Shown piece after piece: positions 18,901 to 27,737 of a stretch of 64,000 nt of DNA. Origin of the DNA: Sphingobium sp. GTDB lineage: Bacteria; Pseudomonadota; Alphaproteobacteria; Sphingomonadales; Sphingomonadaceae. The first letter of the stretch is position 1, and every line of letters begins with the position of its first letter. The stretch lies in NCBI GenBank assembly GCA_035555575.1, contig DATMGL010000008.1, forward strand, positions 78,292 through 142,291, in the 5' to 3' direction. A model generated the notes under the pieces. It saw only the letters and a program-made list of their open reading frames with translations. It was not told where the DNA came from and did not search any database. The translations under genes were made by a program, and so were the position numbers.

Positions 18901-21900
18901 CGCATCATCGGCCATTGCCGCCTCAATGGCGGCGCGCAGGGCCTCGACCGACGCCACCGGATCACCCTCGACGATATTGGCCGTGATCGTCCGGCCGCTG
19001 ATCGTCACGCGCAGCTCACGGTCGAATTCCGTGGTGTGGCCATTGTTGGTGGCACCGGGATAATCATCCTCGCCCGCGGCGAAGGTGATCGACGCGATCG
19101 CCCCTTCGCCCGGATTCTCGATGGCGCCCTCATGATGATAGCCACGGCCAGCGCCCGCACCGACATGCGTGTCCTGCGTATAGACGCCACCTGTGAGCGT
19201 CAGCCTGCCCGTATCGCCATCCACCTTGATCTGGGCCGCATCGCGATAGCGAATGGCGTCCTGAACGCGTTCGGCGGCCGGGACGAGCGCGCAAGGGTCC
19301 TCAAGAAACGCCTCATAGGCCGGTGCATAGGCCAGGATGGTCGTCGTGCCGGCAAATGTCAGCGCGCCGTCAATCTGGAGATAATCCTCGCTGGTCAGCC
19401 GGAACGTCTCGCCGCCGCGCAGGCCCGTCGAGCGGACATCGGCCGGCATCACCACATCATTCTCGGCCAGCAGGTAGAGATAATCGGTCGCGGAGAGGAA
19501 ATAATGGCCGGCCTGCACCGTATAGGCGCCATTGACCAGATCATCCTGATACACGAAGCCGTCCAAGCTGCCATCGGCACGATAGCTCAGGCCGATCGCC
19601 ACGCGGGCAGCGTCCACCTGCTTCGCCATCACCGCATCGGCAAGATGCCCAAGCGCCTCTGTGGGCGTCTCCCCGTTATCGCCCGTCGTGTAACTATAGA
19701 CATGGCCGTTCACCGTGATGGTGATCTTGCTGCCTTCGCGATATTTGTCCGCATCCGTGGAGAAATTGAGCGCGACGACGCTCGCCGTCCGCCCGTCATA
19801 GATCGACTCATAGACGATCGCGTCGCGGCTATTGTCATTATAGGTGAGGTTGATCGTATCGGCGCCGCGCCCGCCAACGATGATTTCATCGCCGCGGCCG
19901 GCATTGTAGATATCGTTGCCGTCACCCAGTTCGCTGCGCAGGTTCACCGACAGATTGAACGAGGTCATCGAGATGATGTTGTCCAGCTCGTCGCCGCGCG
20001 CGATCACCTGCCCTGCATTCTGAAGCGCTGCGGCCTGATGCGGGTCCGCCAGCGCCGCCTGCACCGAGGTGTAATAATCGCGGATCGTGTAATCGACATG
20101 GCTGCCCAGCGCGAAGCCGGCTGCGGCCAGCGCCGCGGCCTGCGCCACCGTCAGCGGCGTGGTGATGTCCAGCATCACATCGGCCGGATCATGCCCCTGG
20201 ATGCGCGCCATGAACTCCGGCGAGATCACCGAACCGGTAAAGGCGTTCAGCGCATCCAGCGTCTCGGTATAGCGACTGATGAACTCATCGGCCGTCGCGA
20301 CACCGCTGTCGTTCAGCACATCGGGTCCATGTTCACCGCTCAGTGCGACGCGCAGGGCATTCTCGCTGACCACCAGCGGGACCTGATATTCGAGCACGAC
20401 CTGGTTCGACAGGTTGAAGGACGCCGTCTCGCCGCCGCCAAGCGCATGCGCCATCAGCCAGTCCGGATCGAAACCGGTGGCCTTTCCAAACAGAAGATCG
20501 ATAAAATCGTCCGTCCGGATGAAATATTGGCCGTCCGGAACGACGAAATCACCATTGGCATCGAGATCGTCCAGCGTGATGAAGGACTGAACCTGATCGG
20601 ACAGTTCCCGAAGCATAAGACCAACGACGAGGGGAGCATCGCCTTCACCGAAAATCGACGCCGCGCGCATGGTCAGTTCCAGCGGGGTGTTGTCGATGAT
20701 GAAGCCGGGATTGTCGGCAACGGCCGCAGAATGCCGGTCGAGCGCATTGCCCGCTGCATCGGTGATGCCGGAATCTTCGCCGAGGAACAGCGCATCCTCG
20801 CCAATGCTGATGCCGGTGGCGTCCCGATCCGTACCGTTCACCGTGTAGGAGAAGGTCAGCGTGTCGGTGCCCGCGCCGCCGACCAGCGTGGCCTGGACGA
20901 TGTGCGTATCTTCGCCATCGCCGATCGTGAGGGCGAGCGTGGGGTGACCCGACACGAGCACGACCTCGGAGAATTTGACCATCGCCGTGACCACATCGCC
21001 GGCATTGAGATGGCCATCGGCATCGGCCCCCGTGGCCGACGCCAGATACATCTCGAGAATGGTGGGCGCATCATGGTCGCCCAGTCCTCCGATCGCCTCG
21101 TTGATCGCGTCGATCTGGGACTGGAGATCGGACAGCCCTTCACCGCCGAGTTCCGCCAGCGCCGCGATGGACTCGGTGAGCGTGGCCAGCTGACCCGCAA
21201 GGCCGGCAATATCGTCGATCGCGAGATCGCCGATCTGCGCCTGCACCGCCGCGATCTGCGCGCCGACATAGGAGACGACCGTGTCCGTGATCCCGGCAAG
21301 CTGGCTTTCAAGTGCCGCGACGCGGTCGCCAAGCGCGCCGCTGCTCGCGTCCGTCGCGGACTGCAGTGCCGCAATCGCGCCATTCAAGGCTGTCAACGTG
21401 CTCACGAGATCGCCGACATCGTTGATGCCGAGGCCATCGATCCGGCTTTCCAGTTCGCTCACGCGATCCGCCAGTTCCGGAATGCCCGGATAGGAAATCG
21501 CGGCCAGCCCGGCCGGTATGGCGACGACATGACCATCCGGATCATGGAGCGTCACGGTCGTGCCGATCAGCATCGGCTTGTCCGCCGCGGATGACAGGAA
21601 CGCATCGAGCGCGTGCGACTGGATCTGCCCGGCGGTCAGGTTGATCGTGAGATGACCCATGCCGGTCACGCTGATGACGGACGCCATCGCCTCAAACTGC
21701 GCCAGCGTGAGGATCAGCGTCGAGTTGACGATGAATTCCACGCCTGGCTGCACCGTGACGGCCGTCATGTCGACCCCGCCCCGGCTCACCTCGATGCTGT
21801 CGAAACCGGCCAGGTTGCTCTGCGCTGTCAGCTTGACGACATCATTGGCGTCATCCGGGAAGACGAAGCGGATCGCCCCCACGCCCGTCAGCCCCGACGT

Positions 21901-22761
21901 GTCGAGCGTCAGCAGGCGCGTATCGGCGCCTGGGGTCGCGCTTTCGATGATCAGCGTCAGCGTATCATTGAGACCGCCGCCACCATCGCCGCTGAACACC
22001 ATCTTGGCCGCGTTGGGCGCGTTGAGCGTGAACGTGTCGCTGGTCGCCGCGCCATTGATCGTGATGCGGACCTCGCCACCATCCGGCACATGCAGCACCT
22101 TGGTCGAAATGGCGCCCACCACCGTAGCGGCCGCCTTGCCGTCACGGGAAAAAATCGCCTCGTCGCCGGCATTGAGCGTGATCGAGATCGGCCCGGTCGC
22201 GCTGCCGCCAAAGCTCACAGCGCCGTCCGCGTCGTCCGAAACGGTGAAGGTTGGCTCCGGCGTCTTGCCGCCATCGTCGACGGGCGGGCTCGCATCATCG
22301 CCGCCTCCTCCGCCGGAGACGGCGGCCGCAATGCCGCCGAGCGCCCCAAGACCCAGCAGGCCCAGCAGCATCGGGCTGCCCCCGCCATGCTGCCCACCCT
22401 CATGCCGCTCCGCCTCGCCCGCCGACGCGCCAGCCGATTGCGCATCGCCAGCCTCATCCTGCGCGCCATCGCCGGCCGCCGCGGCGGCGTCGACCGCCTG
22501 CGCACTGACAAGCGCCGCAGCCAGGCCGCCGACCGCACCGGTCAACACCAGCGCGACATCCCCATCGGGCGTGGCGAATTTGAGCAGCAGGCCCTGCCCG
22601 GATTCGTCCGCGGCATGGGCACGCACCGGCGCGCCCGTCTCACTATCGACAATCTCGACCTTGCCTCCCTCGGGCACAGCCAGAGCCGCCACCGCTTTTC
22701 CGAGACGCTTTTCGATGATCCGGCCGCCTTTTGCGGGCACGATGCGAGCGACGAGAGCCAT
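12967..22761 (-). CDS. Giant (~3260 aa) acidic repetitive surface protein/adhesin, putative T1SS substrate (BapA/LapA-like)
   Basis: N-terminal hydrophobic/Gly stretch LLGLLGLGALGGIAAAVSGGGGG, an Ig-like domain, the RTX-like GDGNDIYNAGRGDEIIVGGRGADTI and many internal repeats. Divergent from the T1SS genes. The ORF is open to TTG 22782; ATG 22761 is preferred. Confidence 0.85.
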   Translation of the reverse strand: MALVARIVPAKGGRIIEKRLGKAVAALAVPEGGKVEIVDSETGAPVRAHAADESGQGLLLKFATPDGDVALVLTGAVGGLAAALVSAQAVDAAAAAGDGAQDEAGDAQSAGASAGEAERHEGGQHGGGSPMLLGLLGLGALGGIAAAVSGGGGGDDASPPVDDGGKTPEPTFTVSDDADGAVSFGGSATGPISITLNAGDEAIFSRDGKAAATVVGAISTKVLHVPDGGEVRITINGAATSDTFTLNAPNAAKMVFSGDGGGGLNDTLTLIIESATPGADTRLLTLDTSGLTGVGAIRFVFPDDANDVVKLTAQSNLAGFDSIEVSRGGVDMTAVTVQPGVEFIVNSTLILTLAQFEAMASVISVTGMGHLTINLTAGQIQSHALDAFLSSAADKPMLIGTTVTLHDPDGHVVAIPAGLAAISYPGIPELADRVSELESRIDGLGINDVGDLVSTLTALNGAIAALQSATDASSGALGDRVAALESQLAGITDTVVSYVGAQIAAVQAQIGDLAIDDIAGLAGQLATLTESIAALAELGGEGLSDLQSQIDAINEAIGGLGDHDAPTILEMYLASATGADADGHLNAGDVVTAMVKFSEVVLVSGHPTLALTIGDGEDTHIVQATLVGGAGTDTLTFSYTVNGTDRDATGISIGEDALFLGEDSGITDAAGNALDRHSAAVADNPGFIIDNTPLELTMRAASIFGEGDAPLVVGLMLRELSDQVQSFITLDDLDANGDFVVPDGQYFIRTDDFIDLLFGKATGFDPDWLMAHALGGGETASFNLSNQVVLEYQVPLVVSENALRVALSGEHGPDVLNDSGVATADEFISRYTETLDALNAFTGSVISPEFMARIQGHDPADVMLDITTPLTVAQAAALAAAGFALGSHVDYTIRDYYTSVQAALADPHQAAALQNAGQVIARGDELDNIISMTSFNLSVNLRSELGDGNDIYNAGRGDEIIVGGRGADTINLTYNDNSRDAIVYESIYDGRTASVVALNFSTDADKYREGSKITITVNGHVYSYTTGDNGETPTEALGHLADAVMAKQVDAARVAIGLSYRADGSLDGFVYQDDLVNGAYTVQAGHYFLSATDYLYLLAENDVVMPADVRSTGLRGGETFRLTSEDYLQIDGALTFAGTTTILAYAPAYEAFLEDPCALVPAAERVQDAIRYRDAAQIKVDGDTGRLTLTGGVYTQDTHVGAGAGRGYHHEGAIENPGEGAIASITFAAGEDDYPGATNNGHTTEFDRELRVTISGRTITANIVEGDPVASVEALRAAIEAAMADDAMTAITAAYSTIDLDGQGSEEAVLGGYALTLTINGVAVTLTHEGSTTMGEMMDAIRAVGGVQSVALKDGDLVITGEVRGTEAEKNSVSITGITISDTAHEAVDTAAVGGSLVDLIKAVASDGTTLTFTGFVPDTDDDAPTFTIDNGEIDKPGIQQELTLSFSEVDADYYAGGQLHVTINGVTIDADMVAGSAYGSIAALVTAINAAIAEDSAGALLLESATLEYLPSIVPGPVNVLLVASAESPDALDVTKVMQDYRGEEQTATITLEDALSYSAQAGAHADAADRFANVYFEGGKVHATFVPRISDGDGGLIDGTPVTVSADMVTRMVSTLATDSYSADHYIGDDDSAPFAISITVDGRTYTASNFVTYLAPSLSLVNGEGVDGSDKATFADLADWIASLDGVASAVAGPDGITITYEAGSIGSIDLIGGAEYAHEPGDGVGALQLILNEGSGRVDIANGVTIGDPEGTAQALADAINAATGQVIHYAFDMDGHAALTLDSVLTTDFDHSKIVLDMSVNGVSLPSGDYHGEELPDIHTLGELLAWVNEQYAGEAVWSLNKTGDGLDVRVAKDAIITGGIQIDIGLTDAVLSVDFNLSVIDPATLSFIGHAEADGTSITITAAQVGKDTFAVSDATMDYEGVHQIATADYDADGNYYDGGIISLDIDTTPGEEGGIVHIQANMVAGDREASLKNLVDAINSAAAGPTSDAAARVVLASSENLWDGVTNGGEDFDEGLYVSSWSVTVGMGEDAVTYSGGGDMVDIGDGQFVWDPFGENLSQFTDLGGFLAYISGLPGVGTATLDEDGNIVITTDATGAGAFIDVAYDLAFDVSDEGQGWASDTGSASGVAGSDGALNGIIDHAVLGADGTITIVSADAVEQQFAISEAVLSRETVRQEADAAFGHNTDHYYDGGKIGITVNGVTVETDMVMKAASSTYTGPDGRDAGEGSFIGSADFAFAITIDGTSYTTAEFTHYLTEKDLHLSEDFLSDQGADVATMQDLAEWIETLSGVDSVTFADGGWTIVYDADVQGVVDSFAGWYLVGGSVVGIVEGELTNVHDGDSETTLQNLRDAIWEQVNHAELVIDLSDFGSLDGSSVLGANWVLDFDFAGSDGGSVNAIVAGSTLDDLLSALESQTGVASARLDGTSIVIVSQPGFGPISVSITGVNSGDLGLDAALNGAHEPQAGLYGAFSSVTVGEDGSLHFTAADAVDGYGEIVVTDIHMSVAAREQITTIDFDDVDFATGLVNEDGDRGQVSITVAGQTITADMQGTQSDTIRALAQAIIEARDGSFVEHTAAIVRDDHDDSGALVIQTGDDRAISADDAISMDKVSVTLTIDDVPQTHVFTPALVAEPGGARPSVSDFMNWLEESFDGVTASIADGKIILEGTALTGGEAILTLLDTDLGGTDANMAIGQVDFDGTNIVVHGAHAGPDQLNVSGISYDRVDTTSSEFQQIVVEFNNSKLDNIADGSVVKLTLLGVTTSITVSTNGMPGEHDLDLFGIPTAERSSVILDALIAKLGVDHPGDALGVIERGSRDGDGIFTVGTSGTSVTLLLTADAYGQSVLGPLAEIEAAIYKGATLEFSVTAEQIHAGSVNFTGSAEGTSIADGHDGAGGQAGRNDAILHYQGGEDGSGSYLLTDVTNGGTLALDDGEFADLGLDIRNDMKEGVGPDWIDQGYVNAGDGSDGTDPSFYGDAAGSGEHGVQQTHQNPDGSYTAADGSPAYNEANVSTGSDDHYGGASGYYDADGLHTDHLDGHSTVDGEDYYDVDPGVGSDTAVSGAYHGEATDSDSGEDGFHHDDIQDGFAAFTWDHVFQSTVAQANAGPDVINHFQVDRDVIVLDGALEASTVVGGIDYVHGTTAGAHFDLDTDEFGFVSSGVSGLDVSALSNANAVAERLEELFYLTAHGEDHVENSSIFAINAHDDPTTTAIWAHTQSSNNDHTIDANELTLLAIIHTTGGEFGRTSYDNLLMMHPVDVG

Positions 22762-22839
22762 TTTTAGCAACCACCTTTCCAAACAGGAATCCCCACCGCC
22801 TATTGGGCGGATAGATATGATGGCTGGCTAGCACTGAGA

Positions 22840-23060
22840 TTAAGCAATTTCCGTCTGAACATCATTCCATTTTGAGATTTTATAACTCAAAACACCGTGC
22901 ATTTATTGATACACCTCACATTGTTTTGAAGCATTCATGTAACCATTTTAATTAAACAGGATAATTTTCATATTTTTATCCCAATAATTGGTTAAATTAT
23001 CCATCCAAATTGAACAACACGCCTGTCAATTTGACATCATTTATTTTGTGCGCGCCGAAA
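22840..23060. promoter_or_regulatory. AT-rich divergent promoter region (giant gene / T1SS operon)
   Basis: Visibly AT-rich. Inverted repeats GGATAATTT (22959-22967)/AAATTATCC (22994-23002) and TTTGAG-N9-CTCAAA near 22870-22890. Confidence 0.5.
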
Positions 23061-23115
23061 GTCGTTGGGATAGGGCCAAGGATACTCCCTGACAGACTGA
23101 AGGCGAACCGAGCGC

Positions 23116-24438
23116 GTGGCGATATTCCGTTATATTATTTGCAGGAAATCGCATCTGTGGCCGACTGCCACGCCGCTCGCCGCGCTCCTGCTTGTCGGTG
23201 CGCAGGCGGCGGATGCGGCGCCCGTGATCCAGCCGCCTGCCGCTATCCCGCAGGACGCCCCCGTTAACCCCGCCGATGATCCGTATCTGGACATGCTTTT
23301 GAAGCAGGCCGTGGCATCGCATCCGTCCATCGGCGCGGCGCGTGCAGCCATAAGGGCGGCGGGCGCCGATATCCGCTCCGCGCACTGGCAGGCCTTTCCC
23401 GCCTTCACCGTGCAGGGGCTTTTGCTCAACGACAGCACCAACGGGCGTCAGGCCAGCCTGGTCGTTGACCAGCCGATCTGGACCGGCGGACGGATCTCCA
23501 GTTCGCTCAGGCGCGCGCGCGCGCAGCACCGGGCAGCACTTGCCGGCTATCAGCAGGCCGTGCTCGACATCATGGTCGGCCTGTCCCGGAGCTACCGCGA
23601 CTATCATCGCCTCAACAGCAAGTTCGCCATCCTGCAGGACAGTCTGACCCGCCACCGGGAGCTGGTCGCCACGATGGAGCGGCGGCTCGCGCAGGAGATC
23701 AGCCCGCTGGCCGATCTCGAACTCGCGCGCAGCCGCACCGCCCAGATCGAACAGCAGGTCGCAACCACCGTCGCGCAGCGCCTGACCACACTCCAGAAAC
23801 TGCGTGAACTGGTGGGCGATCCGGATGTTCGCCCGGGACCGCCCCCGGCCGGCGGACCGCTCGAGCCGCTCGACCTGTCGGAGCTGGTCATGCGCACGCT
23901 CGACTTCGACCCCGGCCGCCAGCGCCTGATCGCCGAAGCGGGCGCGGCGCGCGCAGAGGCAGCCGGCGCAAGGGCATCGATCTTTCCGCAGCTGAGCGGC
24001 CAATACTCCTATGACGACGCCTATGGCCATCGCGTCGGCCTGGTGCTCAAGGCGCAATCGGGCGGCGGCTTTTCGAGCTTCTCCAACGCGGCGGCCGCGC
24101 GGGAACGGCAGGATGCAGCGGAGCTGCGCATTTCCGCCACCGAGCGCGATCTGCGCGAACGCACGACCGCCGATCTCGCCGACTATGAGTCAGCCCGCAG
24201 CCGCATTGCCAGCACTCGCATCGCGCGCGACGCCGCCGATAATGTGACGGCCTCCTACATTCGCCAGTTCACCAGCGGCCGGCGCACCTGGCTGGATGTG
24301 ATGAACGCCGTGCGCGAAGCCACCACGGCGCAAAGCGAAGCCATCGACGCCGAGGCCAGCGCGACGGAAGCGCGCGACCGCCTGCTGATGCGCAGCGGCA
24401 GCTGGCCCTTCCCTGCTGACAGCCAGGACACGCCATGA
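23116..24438 (+). CDS. TolC-family outer membrane protein of a type I secretion system
   Basis: Signal-like N-terminus, QPIWTGG, and GRRTWLDVMNAVRE (TolC/LapE pattern). First gene of a three-gene operon. Confidence 0.9.
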   Translation: MAIFRYIICRKSHLWPTATPLAALLLVGAQAADAAPVIQPPAAIPQDAPVNPADDPYLDMLLKQAVASHPSIGAARAAIRAAGADIRSAHWQAFPAFTVQGLLLNDSTNGRQASLVVDQPIWTGGRISSSLRRARAQHRAALAGYQQAVLDIMVGLSRSYRDYHRLNSKFAILQDSLTRHRELVATMERRLAQEISPLADLELARSRTAQIEQQVATTVAQRLTTLQKLRELVGDPDVRPGPPPAGGPLEPLDLSELVMRTLDFDPGRQRLIAEAGAARAEAAGARASIFPQLSGQYSYDDAYGHRVGLVLKAQSGGGFSSFSNAAAARERQDAAELRISATERDLRERTTADLADYESARSRIASTRIARDAADNVTASYIRQFTSGRRTWLDVMNAVREATTAQSEAIDAEASATEARDRLLMRSGSWPFPADSQDTP

Positions 24439-26534
24439 CAACAGCCTTGATCGCCATGATCGCCACCTATGCGCAGCGGGTCGATGCCCGGCTGCAACCC
24501 GACTGGGCTCGCGATGTGCCCCCGGACCTTGCCGCCAGCACGCCGGATGCGATTGCGCAGCTGAGCGATGCGGCGGGCTGGGCAGCGCCGCGCGCTTTTC
24601 GCGGCCGGCCGAAAGCGCAGCATTTCCCGCTGCTAGCCTTTGCGGAAAGCACGGGATGGTGCATCGCGGACCAATGGACCAGCGACCATGATATCCGCCT
24701 GCTGTCCGGCAACGGCGCGATCTCGCTGCCGTTCGATGCGTTGCTCGACCTTCAGCAACCGACCTTCCCCGCCACGGCGAAGCTGAATACGCAACAGAGC
24801 GCCTTGCGCATCTTCGCGCGGGCGCTGCTCTCGCGGCGGCGCCTTCTCGTCGAGGCGACCGTCGCCACGGTGGTCCTCAACATCATCGCGCTGGCCATCT
24901 CCTTCTATGCCATGCAGGTCTATGATCGCGTGCTGCCGCGCGGAGGCTTCGCGACCTTGTGGGTGCTCACCGGGGGCATGTTGATCGCCCTGCTGATCGA
25001 CTTTCTGATCCGCACCGCACGCGCGTTCATCGTCGACCGGGAGGCCGGCGACATCGACACGCAGATGTCCGAATTCTTCTTCGCCCGAATGCAGGCCGTC
25101 CGCCTCGACGCCCGCCCACCCGGCATCGGCACGATGGCCGCGCAATTGCGCGGGCTCGATCAGATCCGCTCGGCGATGACGTCCGCCTCCTTCTTCTGCC
25201 TGGCGGACCTGCCCTTCGCCCTGCTGTTCATCGCCGTGATGATGGCGATCGGCGGCCCGATCGCGCTCGTTCCGCTGGCGGCGTTTCCGCTGGCGCTGGC
25301 GGCCAGCCTCATCTTCGCCCGGCTCATCAAGGCCGCGACCAACAAGGGGCAGATCAGCAGCAATCGCAAGAACGGCATCCTCGTCGAGGCGCTGGACGCC
25401 TCGGAAACGGTCAAGGCCAATCTGGGCGGCTGGCATATGCTGGCCGGCTGGAACCGGCTGGTCGAGGATGTGCACGAGCATGATCTGCATGTGCGCCGCT
25501 GGTCCTCGATCGCCAGCGCGTCCTTCTCGGTGCTTCAGCAAATATCCTATATCGGCATCATTCTGGTCGGCGTGCACCTCGTCAGCGCCGGCGAACTGAC
25601 GCAGGGCAGCCTGATCGCCTGCACGATGATCGGCAGCCGCGTGAACGGGCCGCTCGTCTCGGCGCTGCCCGGCATGATCATCCAGTGGGGCTATGCCCGC
25701 GCCGCGCTGGACGCGCTCGACAAGCTGCTGGCCATGCCGACCGACCACCAGGCCGATACCGTGCCCGTGCGGCTCAAGGTCATGGCGCCGGACCTGCGGC
25801 TCGAGGCTGTGTCCTTCAAGCATCAGGGCGCCCGCGAGGGCCTCACCGTGCCCTCGCTCACCATCGCCAGCGGCGCGCGCATCGGCCTGATCGGCCCGAT
25901 CGGCTCCGGCAAATCCACCCTGCTGCGCCTGCTCGCCGGCCTCTACGCGCCCGAGGGCGGCCATGTGTTGCTCAACGGGGTCGATGTGCGGCAGATTGCG
26001 GAGGAGGACCTGCGCACGCCCTGTGGCTATATCGGGCAGGATTATCGCCTGATCAGCGGCACGCTGCGCGACAATATCGTGCTCGGCCTCCCCGATCCGG
26101 GCGACGAAGCGATCCTCGCCGCCGCTGCACAGACCGGTCTGGCGCCGGTCATTCAGGATCACCCGCTCGGCCTCGCCCTGCCGATCAGCGAAGGCAGCAT
26201 CGGTCTCTCGGGCGGTCAGCGCGCGCTGGTCGGCCTGACGCGCGCGCTGCTGGCGCGGCCCCGGCTGCTGCTGCTCGACGAACCCACCGCCAATCTCGAT
26301 CAGGAGACTGAACGGCGCGTGCTGGCCGCCTTGCAGGATGCGATGCCGCCGGACGGCATCCTCATCCTCGTTACGCACAAACTGCAACTGTTGCCGCTGG
26401 TTCGCGACGTGCTGGTCATGCGCGCCGGGCGCATCGTGCATCAGGGGCCGAGCAGCGACATGCTCGACAAGCTGCGCCCCAGACCCGCCGCCAAAGCCGA
26501 TGCGGCGCGGCCCCCTCTCCACCGGGTATCCTGA
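24435..26534 (+). CDS. T1SS ABC transporter (LapB/LssB-like, degenerate C39-like N-terminus)
   Basis: FYAMQVYDRVLP, Walker A GPIGSGKST, LSGGQ, LLLDEPT, H-loop VTH. Confidence 0.93.
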   Translation: MTTALIAMIATYAQRVDARLQPDWARDVPPDLAASTPDAIAQLSDAAGWAAPRAFRGRPKAQHFPLLAFAESTGWCIADQWTSDHDIRLLSGNGAISLPFDALLDLQQPTFPATAKLNTQQSALRIFARALLSRRRLLVEATVATVVLNIIALAISFYAMQVYDRVLPRGGFATLWVLTGGMLIALLIDFLIRTARAFIVDREAGDIDTQMSEFFFARMQAVRLDARPPGIGTMAAQLRGLDQIRSAMTSASFFCLADLPFALLFIAVMMAIGGPIALVPLAAFPLALAASLIFARLIKAATNKGQISSNRKNGILVEALDASETVKANLGGWHMLAGWNRLVEDVHEHDLHVRRWSSIASASFSVLQQISYIGIILVGVHLVSAGELTQGSLIACTMIGSRVNGPLVSALPGMIIQWGYARAALDALDKLLAMPTDHQADTVPVRLKVMAPDLRLEAVSFKHQGAREGLTVPSLTIASGARIGLIGPIGSGKSTLLRLLAGLYAPEGGHVLLNGVDVRQIAEEDLRTPCGYIGQDYRLISGTLRDNIVLGLPDPGDEAILAAAAQTGLAPVIQDHPLGLALPISEGSIGLSGGQRALVGLTRALLARPRLLLLDEPTANLDQETERRVLAALQDAMPPDGILILVTHKLQLLPLVRDVLVMRAGRIVHQGPSSDMLDKLRPRPAAKADAARPPLHRVS

Positions 26535-26536
26535 TC

Positions 26537-27688
26537 ATGGCCAGCGTTTCACGCAAATCCTCCACCTCCATCATCGCGCTGACCGCACTGGCCGTGGCGA
26601 GCTTTTTCACCTGGGCCGGCTTTGCCGAAATCGATCAGGTGAGCCGCGCGACCGGACAGGTCATTCCCGCCGGGCGCGTGCAATTGCTGCAAAGCAATGA
26701 TGGCGGTGTCATCGGCGCGCTTTTGGTGAAGGAAGGCGACACCGTTCGCAAGGGGCAGACGCTGGTGCTGCTCAACAAGGTGAAGATCGCGGCATCAGTG
26801 CGCGAAAGCAGCGCGAAGGTGGCCGCGCTCAAGGCGTCGCGCGCCCGGATTGAGGCGGAACTGTTCGACCGCCCCTTGAACTTTCCGGGCGATATCGGCG
26901 ATTTTCCGGATTTTATCGAGAACCAGCGCCAGCTCTTCAGCAAACGGCGCGGCGCGCAGCAGCAGGACATCGCCGCGCTGCGCACCATGCTGGACCTCGC
27001 CCGCCAGGAGCTGGACATGAACATGCCGCTGCTCGCGCATGGCGATGTCAGCCGGTCCGAGATCATCCGGCTGCAACGATCGGTCACGGATATTCAGGCG
27101 CAGATCGCCAACAAGCAGAACAAATATCTGCAGGATCTGCAAACCGACTATACCCGCGCCGAGGAGGAATTGGTGACCGCCGTGCAGACGCTCACCCAGC
27201 GCCTCGAATCCCTGAACGACACGGAAATCGCGGCGCCGACCGACGGCATCGTGAAGAATGTGCGCCTCACCACGATTGGTGGCGTGCTGCGGCCCGGCGA
27301 CGAGGTCATGCAGATCGTGCCGACCGGCGAGCAGCTGATCATCGAAGCCAAGGTGTCGCCGGCCGACATCGCCTATGTGCAGGAAGGCCAGACCGCCTCG
27401 GTCAAGTTCGATGCTTATGACCCGTCCATCTTCGGCTCCGCCACCGGCAAGGTGACCTACATCAGCCCGGACACGCTGACCGAGCAGAAGGGCAATGGCG
27501 AACAGGTCTATTACCGGGTTCACATCCTCGCCAACACCGACACCATGCATAAACGGCCGGGCAAGCTGATCGCGATCCAGCCGGGCATGACGGCGACCGC
27601 GGAAATCCTGACCGGCCGGAACACGGTGCTCAAATTCCTCGCCAAGCCCCTCATCAAGACAATCTCGGAGTCCTTCGGCGAACGATAG
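26537..27688 (+). CDS. HlyD-family T1SS periplasmic adaptor
   Basis: GGVIGALLVKEGDTVRKGQ, IAAPTDGIV, IQPGMTATAEILTG. Confidence 0.93.
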   Translation: MASVSRKSSTSIIALTALAVASFFTWAGFAEIDQVSRATGQVIPAGRVQLLQSNDGGVIGALLVKEGDTVRKGQTLVLLNKVKIAASVRESSAKVAALKASRARIEAELFDRPLNFPGDIGDFPDFIENQRQLFSKRRGAQQQDIAALRTMLDLARQELDMNMPLLAHGDVSRSEIIRLQRSVTDIQAQIANKQNKYLQDLQTDYTRAEEELVTAVQTLTQRLESLNDTEIAAPTDGIVKNVRLTTIGGVLRPGDEVMQIVPTGEQLIIEAKVSPADIAYVQEGQTASVKFDAYDPSIFGSATGKVTYISPDTLTEQKGNGEQVYYRVHILANTDTMHKRPGKLIAIQPGMTATAEILTGRNTVLKFLAKPLIKTISESFGER

Positions 27689-27737
27689 GGCCGGATCTCA
27701 ACACGTTGTTTCAATTCAGGACAAGCAGGAAGCCGCG

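Noticed and set aside
16180-21594. 1804 aa plus-strand ORF and other long antisense ORFs (e.g. 14335-15954, 33224-35302, 35372-38449, 59114-60814, 60836-63376)
   Set aside because: They are shadow frames opposite real high-GC genes, with Arg/Ala/Gly-skewed composition and no motifs.
22440-22520. Poly-Ala (DAAAAAG) as a LapG cleavage site in the giant protein
   Set aside because: No lapD/lapG is in the window, and the low-complexity match is too weak.
22860-22930. TTGAG..CTCAA and TTGATACA resembling the switch recombination arms
   Set aside because: The spacing is wrong, the TATCCAA spacer is absent, and there is no partner site.
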